Positions 28,897 to 36,478 of a stretch of 64,000 nucleotides of DNA are shown here, piece after piece. The number at the start of each line of letters is the position of its first letter. Within the stretch, counting starts at the first letter, position 1. This DNA is from a bacterium. Its GTDB lineage: Bacteria > UBA8248. The translations under genes and the position numbers were made by a program. The notes below the pieces were generated by a model. That model did not search any database and was not told the DNA's origin. It saw only the letters and a list, made by a program, of their open reading frames with translations. Location: contig OZ241996.1 of NCBI GenBank assembly GCA_965204535.1, positions 1,504,001 through 1,568,000 of the forward strand, written 5' to 3'.

Positions 28897-31182
28897 TTAT
28901 TCGCCGTTTTTCTCGTTGAGCGCGGTCAGCACCTTCTCCGGCGTTATCGGCAGCGACGTGATCCGCACGCCGACGGCGTCGTAGATCGCGTTGCCTATCG
29001 CCGCCGAGGTTCCCAGCTGCGCCATCTCACCCAGCCCCTTTGCGCCGAAAGGCCCTGAGGGATTCTCCGTCTCGATGAGCACCGCCTCGAGCTCGGGCAA
29101 ATCCTGGGTGGTGGGCAGCTTGTAATCGAGCCAGTTCGGATTCACCGGCTGGCCGTCTTCGACCTCGAAATCCTCCATCATGGCGTAGCCCACGCCCATG
29201 ACCGCGCCGCCGTCCAACTGACCCTGCGCGCCGGCGGGATTCACGATGGTTCCGCAGTCGTTCGTGCTGATGACGCGCAACACCTCGAACGCGCCGGTCT
29301 CGGTGTCCACTTCCACCTCGGCCACCTTCGCGCCGTATGCGTAGGCCGCGGACCAGTTCCCGTAGCCCGTCACGGGGTCGGGCGTCTCGCTCGGCGAGTC
29401 GTACGAAGACGCCGTGTAGACGGCCTCGCTGCCCTCTTTCTCGTATATCTTCATGTAGGCTTCGCTGTGGGTCACCTGCCGCTCGGGAGAGCTGGTGACG
29501 AAAATCCTGCCCTCGCGGGCGTCCAGGTCGTTCGGGTCGCACTCGAGCAATTCCGCCGCGCCCTTGAAGAGCATGTTCCTCGCCTGGACCGACGCCAGGC
29601 GCGTGGCCTCGCCGTCGATGGTCGTCGTGCGGCTTCCGCGCACGCCCCACCCGTAGGGGTTCACCGCGGTATCGCCGTTGATGATCCGCACGTCTTCCAC
29701 GCGTACCCCGATCGCCTCGGCGCAAATCTGCGCCAGCGTGGTGTCCGAGCCGTTGCCCATCTCGATGGTCCCCGAGAGCAACTGCACGGTGCCGTCCTTG
29801 TTCATCTTGATGAACGCGCCCGCCGTCTCCGGCCCCATCGCGCGCGCGCCGGTGAAGTGAACCGCAGCGGCCAGCCCGTAGCCGCGCCTTTTCCCGTTGC
29901 TGCCCGGCTGCTTCTGCCTCCAGGGCACGCGCTTGACCGCCTCCTCCACGCATTCGGAAACGCCGCAACTGGTGATCTTGGCCCCGATGATGGTGGTGTC
30001 GCCCTTTTTCACGAAGTTCTTGATGCGAAACTCCGCCGGGTCCATGCCGATCTCCTCGGCGTGTTTCTCCATGGCGAGTTCGGAGCCGAACGCATAGCCG
30101 GCGTTGCCGATTCCGCGCATCGCGCCGCCGGGCGGCACGTTCGTGCAGACCACGTCGGCGTGGTGGCGATAGGCCTTGTAGTTGTAGATGCTCCCGCCCA
30201 TGTGGGCCGTGATGCCGCCGACCGCCGGGCCGTAATCCGAATAGCCGCCGTTTTCCACCACCATCTTGGTGTCGCGCGCGAGCAGCATGCCGTCCTTGTC
30301 GGTGGCGATGCGCCACACGTGAAACTGCTTCGTCCGGTGGGTGCCCAGGAGGAACTCCTCTTCGCGCGTGTAGTAGAATTTCACGGGGCGGTCCAGCATC
30401 TTCGCCGCGATGATGGAGAGGAAATCGATGTTGAACTTGCTCGTCGCCTTGCCGCCGAAACCCCCGCCCACGTAGTTCGTGATCACGCGAATCTGGGCCT
30501 CGGGAATCTTCAGGAGTTTCGCGAAATACTGGCTCGAAAGACTCGGGCACTGCGAGGAGTTGTAAACCGTCACGTCGCCTTTGCGCGACCATTCGGCGAT
30601 GGAGACGTGCGCCTCCAGGGAGCCGTGCATCTGGCGTGAGGAGGAAGTGGCCAACTCGCTCACGTGGTGGGCCTCGTCGAACATGCGGTCCACGTCGCCG
30701 AATTCCATATGCTTGGTGAAGGCGATGTTGTTCGGGTACCTGTCGTGGATGACGGGGGCGCCCTCTTCCATCGCTTCTCTCGGGTCGAAGACGGCGGGAA
30801 GCTCCTCGTAGTCGACGTCGATCAGATCGAGCGCTTCCACCGCGATGTCTTCTGAAGTCGCCACGACGGCCGCCACCGAGTCGCCCACGTGGCGCACCTT
30901 GTCCGAGGCGAGGGGACGCTGGTCGTAGCAAACGGGCACGACGCCCCACTCCACGCCCTCGGGGATATCCTTGTACGTCAATATGCGCTTGACGCCGGGG
31001 AGCTTCTCGGCCCGGCTGGTGTCGATGTTCTTGATCCGCGCGTGCGGCAGGGGACTCCCCAGCAGCCTGCCGTGGAGCATTTTGGGCAACTGCAGGTCCA
31101 GGGTGAACATGGCCCGGCCCGTTACCTTTTCCGGCCCATCGACGCGCGGTACGCTTTTCCCGATGTATGAGAGTTCAGCCAT
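28897..31182 (-). CDS. Xanthine dehydrogenase-family molybdopterin-binding (large) subunit
   Basis: KVTGRA, VGGGFGGK, AMRGIG, EMGNGSDT, GQLDGG, GPFGAKGLGE; GGAGG RBS. Confidence 0.93.
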   Translation of the reverse strand: MAELSYIGKSVPRVDGPEKVTGRAMFTLDLQLPKMLHGRLLGSPLPHARIKNIDTSRAEKLPGVKRILTYKDIPEGVEWGVVPVCYDQRPLASDKVRHVGDSVAAVVATSEDIAVEALDLIDVDYEELPAVFDPREAMEEGAPVIHDRYPNNIAFTKHMEFGDVDRMFDEAHHVSELATSSSRQMHGSLEAHVSIAEWSRKGDVTVYNSSQCPSLSSQYFAKLLKIPEAQIRVITNYVGGGFGGKATSKFNIDFLSIIAAKMLDRPVKFYYTREEEFLLGTHRTKQFHVWRIATDKDGMLLARDTKMVVENGGYSDYGPAVGGITAHMGGSIYNYKAYRHHADVVCTNVPPGGAMRGIGNAGYAFGSELAMEKHAEEIGMDPAEFRIKNFVKKGDTTIIGAKITSCGVSECVEEAVKRVPWRQKQPGSNGKRRGYGLAAAVHFTGARAMGPETAGAFIKMNKDGTVQLLSGTIEMGNGSDTTLAQICAEAIGVRVEDVRIINGDTAVNPYGWGVRGSRTTTIDGEATRLASVQARNMLFKGAAELLECDPNDLDAREGRIFVTSSPERQVTHSEAYMKIYEKEGSEAVYTASSYDSPSETPDPVTGYGNWSAAYAYGAKVAEVEVDTETGAFEVLRVISTNDCGTIVNPAGAQGQLDGGAVMGVGYAMMEDFEVEDGQPVNPNWLDYKLPTTQDLPELEAVLIETENPSGPFGAKGLGEMAQLGTSAAIGNAIYDAVGVRITSLPITPEKVLTALNEKNGE

Positions 31183-31525
31183 CACAACCTCCACTCGTTA
31201 GCGGCGCCGAACCGCATGCCGCAGGGCGTTTTTATGTTCTTATCCTTTGTTTGATTTTCGAATGAATAGACCATCCCCCCATCGCCATCCCCTCGGGACT
31301 CGGCAGAACGCGACGGTATTTCGCTTGCTTTCGATTCTCGCATTATAACAACACGAAGGAGAAAACAAAACATCAAAAATCGACGCGGAGAGGCTCCTTG
31401 CGCCATTCCGGGGAACCCCTCCCTCCCGCTTTCTCCCCTTCGGTTTGTGGTGTATCATCCGCCGTACTGAAACCGGAAAATAAACTTTCGAAACATCCCG
31501 CAAACACCAGAACTGGAGTATCGTA

Positions 31526-32272
31526 ATGCCCATTCGTTTTGATTTTCAGGGCCGAAAGGTCATTCTCACGGGCGCGGCGGGCGCGATGGGAAGCCGCATC
31601 CTGCAGGGATACATCGAGGCCGGCGCCAAAGTTTTCGCCACCGACAGGGAAGGCCCGGCGTTCGACGCCATCGAAGGCCCGTCCGATCAGCTCTTCAAGC
31701 TCCCCTGCGACCTGGCCGACGTGGACGCCATCCGCACCACCATGCGCGCGGCGCTCGAATGGCTGGGCGGCTGCGACGTGCTGGCGAACGTGGCCGGCTA
31801 CATGCCGATTCGCCCGCCGATGGAACTCGAAGAAGACGACTGGAACGTCGTGCTGAACGTGAACCTGCTGGCGCCCTATTTCTGCATCCAGGAGACCATC
31901 GAGGCGCTCAAGGCCTCGGGAACGGGGCGCATCGTCAGCTTCGCGTCCATCGCGGGGAAAATGGGGGGTATCGGCCCCAATCTCACCTACTCCGCCGCCA
32001 AGGCGGGCCTGCTCGCCATGACGTTCAACCTCGCGCGCGAATTGGCGAAAACGGGCGTGACGATCAACACCATACAGCCGGGTCCGGCCGATACGGGCCT
32101 TCACTTCCAGTCCCCGCCCGAGATGCTCGTGAACGCCGAGAAGGCCCATCCCATGGGCAGACTCACGACGCCCGAAGACGTGTGGCAGACCGTCCTGTTC
32201 CTATCGAGCGAGGAGGCCGCCCACATCAACGGCGAGGCGGTGGACGTGAACGGCGGCTTCTGGACGGACTAG
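31526..32272 (+). CDS. SDR-family oxidoreductase
   Basis: TGAAGAMG, NVAG, YSAAK, IQPGPADT, VNGG. Confidence 0.9.
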   Translation: MPIRFDFQGRKVILTGAAGAMGSRILQGYIEAGAKVFATDREGPAFDAIEGPSDQLFKLPCDLADVDAIRTTMRAALEWLGGCDVLANVAGYMPIRPPMELEEDDWNVVLNVNLLAPYFCIQETIEALKASGTGRIVSFASIAGKMGGIGPNLTYSAAKAGLLAMTFNLARELAKTGVTINTIQPGPADTGLHFQSPPEMLVNAEKAHPMGRLTTPEDVWQTVLFLSSEEAAHINGEAVDVNGGFWTD

Positions 32273-32284
32273 GAGGAGAACACC

Positions 32285-33121
32285 ATGCCGAACGACAACC
32301 CGAAAGGATATGCGAACCCCGACCTGCTCTGGTCGGCAGTACTTCTCAAAGAGCGCATGGACGACCCGAATTTGAGAATCATCGACACGCGCCCCGGCGA
32401 GCGCTATACGATGGGCCACATCCCCGGCGCGCGGCATTTCGACGTCTACGGCGTGAACAGCGACGACTCGGACGAGGCCCCCTTGAGGAATTTCTTCTCC
32501 ATGTGGGCGTTCCTGCTCGGGAACCGCGGGGTGTCGTTCGAGAACACCATCGTCTTCTACGACGACTTCGTCGGCAACACGAGCGTGCGCGGCTTCTGGA
32601 TGCTGGAGCTTTTCGGCCACAAGGACGTGCACGTGCTCGACGGCGGCTACGGCGCCTGGGAGCGGGCGGGCTACGAGACGACGCGCGACGCCGAGGTGCC
32701 AAAGGCCGCTGCATTCGAGATGGCGTTCGAGCCGGATCGCCTCGCCACGCGCGAGGACGTGCTGGCGGCCATCGAGGACGACAACCACATGCTGCTCGAC
32801 ACCCGCTCGGTTGAGGAGTGGGAGGGGCGCAGCATGCGCGCGAAGCGCAGCGGCATCATCCCCGGCGCGGTCTGGCAGGAATGGCTCCAGCACCTGACGC
32901 CTGAGGGCGAGATGAAGCCGGCGGATGAGCTTCGCGCGCAGTTCGAGGCCATCGGGGTCACGCCCGACAAAGAAGTGACCACCTACTGACAGACGGGCTA
33001 CCGTGCGGCGCACGGTTACTTCGCCCTGCGGCTTCTCGATTACCCCAAGGTGAGGAACTACATGAGCTCCTGGAAGGAATGGGGCAACCGAGACGACACG
33101 CCCATCGTCCAGGCGCAATAG
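32285..33121 (+). CDS. Two-domain rhodanese/sulfurtransferase, probable selenoprotein (UGA=Sec at 32987-32989)
   Basis: GHIPGA, VLDGG, DTRS..EW, IPGA, then TTY-TGA-QTGYRAAHGYFALRLLDYPKVRNYMSSWKEWG to TAG at 33119-33121. The TGA sits exactly at the catalytic Cys of the YCxxGxR loop; AGGAGG RBS. Confidence 0.88.
32995..33026 (+). promoter_or_regulatory. Putative bacterial SECIS element
   Basis: Stem ACCGTGC(33000-33006)/GCACGGT(33010-33016) with a G-first loop GGC 17 nt after the UGA; lower stem GGGC/GCCC. Confidence 0.65.
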
Positions 33122-33295
33122 GGCGTACATAAGCGGAAAGACGCGGCGTGAAGGGCTCCACGGCCGAACTCGTCTCCGTCACGCCGTCGGGCCTGAGGAC
33201 GCTCTCGCAGTATTACTGGATTGAGAAGATTGACTTGAAGAGGTAACGGGAGAGAAGGCGCTCTCCCCGCGCATGTCAAACCCGAATTCGCCCCC

Positions 33296-33721
33296 TCACA
33301 TCTCCCTCGGGTGCAGCTCTTCGTACTTGCCGTGATCCGTATCGATATCCGCCATGTGGCGGAAGATTTCCTCGTACCCCGGTGGTGAGAACATCCACAG
33401 GAGTTTGAGGGGAACGTCGCCGGTGTTCCTCAGGCCGTGCTCCACGCCCACGGGCAGAAAGGCGGTCATGCCCGCCTTGACCTGATAGACCTCGCCGTCC
33501 ACCTCCACTTCGGCTTCGCCCTCGTGGAAGAAGAGGATTTCTTCTTCTTTCTCATGCAGATGTACGGGGATGCCGCCGCCGACGGGGATGTCCTGATTCC
33601 CCATGCTGAGCATTCGGGAGTTCGTGTTCCGGGGGTCGATGAGGATGCGCCAGCCCCGGGGCAATTCTATATCGACCATCTCGATCTTTTCGCCGTCGTC
33701 CCAATCGAACACGTATGTCAT
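33296..33721 (-). CDS. Cupin-domain protein
   Basis: PVHLHEKEEEILFFHEGE...GMTAFLPVGVEHGLRN cupin motifs. Confidence 0.88.
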   Translation of the reverse strand: MTYVFDWDDGEKIEMVDIELPRGWRILIDPRNTNSRMLSMGNQDIPVGGGIPVHLHEKEEEILFFHEGEAEVEVDGEVYQVKAGMTAFLPVGVEHGLRNTGDVPLKLLWMFSPPGYEEIFRHMADIDTDHGKYEELHPREM

Positions 33722-33779
33722 GCGGATACCCTCCCCGGCCTGCGCTCGCGAGGGGTGGCCGCACCGGGTGAGCGGCGCG

Positions 33780-34817
33780 TCAGGCCATCGCGGGCGCGAC
33801 CTCAGTGGCGAATCTTTCCAGAAGTTTCAGAGAATCCTCGTGCTTCATCCCGTCGCCGTAAACGCCGAGAATCACGTGGTTCAGCCCGAAATCGTGCTTC
33901 AAGCGGTAAAGCTCCTGAATGTTCTCCTCCACGGAGCCGATGACGCCGCCGCCTTTCAGGAACTCGCGCACGTCGAGCTTGTAGCTCCAGTTGCGCTGGA
34001 GGTGCCTGCCCTCCTCGTCGGTGAAATCCACTTCGTTCACCCTGGCGCGGTATTCGAGATAAGAGGAAAGCCCGCGCTCGAAGGTTTTGAGGTAATCGGC
34101 CTGCTGATTATCCTCACAGACGTAGAAGCGGTGCGTCATGGTGTAGTCGATATCGGACAGGTCGCCCCCGGCCGCCGCCACGGCTTCTTCGTAGAGCTTC
34201 ATCTTGTCGCGGTAGACTTTGGGTCCCTTGAAGCCGGCAGAAGCCATGATCTTGAAGCCGTTCTCGCCCGCGTAGGTGTATGTCTCGGGACTCGTGCCCG
34301 CGAGCCAGATGGGCGGCCTCGGCTTCTGGAGGGGCTTGGGGAAGATTTCAACGTCTTTGCACTGATAAAACTCGCCCTCGAAGGTCACCTGCTCCCCTTC
34401 CAGGAGCCTCGATACGATCTCCATCCCCTCGACGAGCCGCTTTCTGCTCTCAGAGGGCCTTGCGCCGAACGTCTTGAACTCCTTGGGCTGGGAACCCCGG
34501 CCCACGCCGAGTTCGAGCCGCCCGCCGCTCAAAAGATCGACCACCGCCGCCTGCTCGGCGAGGCGCACCGGATTGTGGAAGGGCATGATCGATATCGCCG
34601 TCCCGAGTCGGATGTTCTTCGTCTTCTGCGCCAGCGCCGCGCACCACAGCAGGGGATCGGGGCACATGCCGACCTTCGAGAAATGGTGCTCCGCGAACCA
34701 TGCGCAGTGGTAGCCCAACTCATCCGCCGCCTGGCATTGCTCCATCACCTTCTGGTAGGCGTCGGCTTCGGTTTCATCCCCCTCGGGGCAAATCACGTAA
34801 AAAATCGAGAATTTCAT
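33780..34817 (-). CDS. LLM-class flavin-dependent oxidoreductase
   Basis: WFAEHHF, IRLGTA, NPVRLAEQAAVVDLLSGGRLELGVGRG, PKPLQKPRPPIW. Confidence 0.9.
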   Translation of the reverse strand: MKFSIFYVICPEGDETEADAYQKVMEQCQAADELGYHCAWFAEHHFSKVGMCPDPLLWCAALAQKTKNIRLGTAISIMPFHNPVRLAEQAAVVDLLSGGRLELGVGRGSQPKEFKTFGARPSESRKRLVEGMEIVSRLLEGEQVTFEGEFYQCKDVEIFPKPLQKPRPPIWLAGTSPETYTYAGENGFKIMASAGFKGPKVYRDKMKLYEEAVAAAGGDLSDIDYTMTHRFYVCEDNQQADYLKTFERGLSSYLEYRARVNEVDFTDEEGRHLQRNWSYKLDVREFLKGGGVIGSVEENIQELYRLKHDFGLNHVILGVYGDGMKHEDSLKLLERFATEVAPAMA

Positions 34818-35008
34818 GTCACCTCATCCTTCGTCTTCTTGTGAAACACGGGCATAAACCATCCTTCCATCTCCCCTCCCGGGCGGTTTCCCCCTTGAAT
34901 GGAACCAGCAAATTACCATCTTCTTCACGGCCTGAGAAGCGCTCCGGCCTTGCGAGACAATTTTTCCGACCTGGGCTAGGATGCGGCATCATCCAAAGGA
35001 GGAAAGGC

Positions 35009-35758
35009 ATGCGTTTCGAGAACAAAACCATCATCGTCACGGGCGCGGGCGCAGGCATCGGCCAGGCGAGTGCGCTGAGATTGGCGAGCGAGGGCGCGCA
35101 CGTCGTCTGCATGGACATCGCCGAATCGCGCGAGGAAACGGCGAGGCTCATCCGCGAAGACGACGTCGGCGATGCGAGCACCGTGGCATACGACGCACTC
35201 GACTCGGAGAACGTAAAAAAGGTTTTCGGGGATACGATTTCAGCGCACGGGCGCATCGACGGCCTCATTAACTGCGTCGGCGCGGGCCTTCCGCGTAGGG
35301 CGCTGGAAATCGACGAAGAAGCCTTCGACAAGATGTTCGACATGAACGTGAAAACGACTTACCGGGCCTGCTGGGCGGTGCTGCCCCACATGAAGGAGAA
35401 AAAAAGCGGCAAGATCGTCAATTTCTCCTCCGTCGCGGGCCGCTCGGCCAGCGTTCTCCAGGGGCCGCACTATTCGAGTTCCAAGGCCGCCGTCATCGGC
35501 CTTACGCGACACCTGGCGCGGGAGTTCGGCCCGGACAACATCAACGTGAACGCCGTCGCACCCGGCGTCATCGGAACCGGGCGCATCCTCGCGCAGATGA
35601 GCGATGAGCAGCGAAAAAGGACCGAAGCCGCCACGCCCGTAGGGCGCATCGGCGCGCCCGAGGACATCGCGGGCGTCGTCGCCTTCCTCGCTTCAGAAGA
35701 CGCGCGCCACGTCACCGGCGTCACCATCGACGTGAACGGGGGATTCTTTCTGGCCTAG
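35009..35758 (+). CDS. SDR-family oxidoreductase
   Basis: TGAGAGIG, YSSSK, VNAVAPG, DVNGG. ATG at 35009 after AGGAGG. Confidence 0.9.
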   Translation: MRFENKTIIVTGAGAGIGQASALRLASEGAHVVCMDIAESREETARLIREDDVGDASTVAYDALDSENVKKVFGDTISAHGRIDGLINCVGAGLPRRALEIDEEAFDKMFDMNVKTTYRACWAVLPHMKEKKSGKIVNFSSVAGRSASVLQGPHYSSSKAAVIGLTRHLAREFGPDNINVNAVAPGVIGTGRILAQMSDEQRKRTEAATPVGRIGAPEDIAGVVAFLASEDARHVTGVTIDVNGGFFLA

Positions 35759-35814
35759 TTGGCAGAGATTTTCTCAGGCGACATGGGGGGTTGTTGTATA
35801 AGCCCCCCTGAGAA

Positions 35815-36473
35815 GGGCCTGTTGAAAAAACCACTGAGAGGGTAATAGTAACCCCTTGAAAGGGAAATCCCTTAAAACCAACCCCCCCTACCCCCCCTTG
35901 TCAGGGGGCAAGAAAAAGCAAAACCCCCTCAACCCTGCGAAGGCGCATCGCCTTTTTATACCCCCCTGACAAGGGGGGGTAGGGGGGGTTGCCTTTCCAT
36001 CCGTGAGGGGCTTCTTCGCTACCTCTGAAAATGGGTTCTTCCCCCGAATCGAGATTATTCACCGTCATTCCGGCGAAAGCCGGAATCCATTTTGACTTTT
36101 CACCGGACAGGGCGGCACGACCTTGTCGTTGCGCGGCGTCTGGATGCGGAATCCAGAGAATTCGCCTTTCATTTTTATGTTCGATTCCGATCCTCCCCGT
36201 CCGGAAGTAAAAACGTCCGACCGAGAAAGCGAAAAGGCAAAGGCGAAAATGGATTCCGGCTCAAGGCCGGAATGACGATCAAAACCAAAAGGCGGGCGGA
36301 CGCCGCGGTTGCGAAATGACGGCGTCGTGCGGCTTCCGTATTGCCCGTAGGGACAGGCCTCCGTGCCTGTTCCGATACCCCGACAAAGGACAACCACGGA
36401 GGGCAGGACAACCCCGAGGAGGGGTTGTCCCTACAGATCGAACCGGCCAATGAGGGCCTCTTCCAACAACCCC
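35815..36473. mobile_element. Composite MITE-like / REP-mosaic element 3
   Basis: Left IR GGGCCTGTTGAAAAAACC (35815-35832) and right IR GGCCTCTTCCAACAACCCC (36455-36473) enclose a ~29-bp inverted pair (35880-35908/35961-35990), a CGTCATTCCGG REP pair (36063-36093/36246-36277) and a GTAG REP pair (36347-36373/36406-36434). Confidence 0.7.
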
Positions 36474-36478
36474 AAGCC

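Noticed and set aside
29027-30949. 640-aa alternative-frame ORF inside the Mo-hydroxylase gene
   Set aside because: Arg/Gly-rich shadow ORF caused by high GC3; no domain motifs.
32987-32989. Genome-wide UGA reassignment (genetic code 4 or 25)
   Set aside because: Many complete genes here terminate at TGA, Trp is encoded by TGG, and this TGA aligns with Cys.
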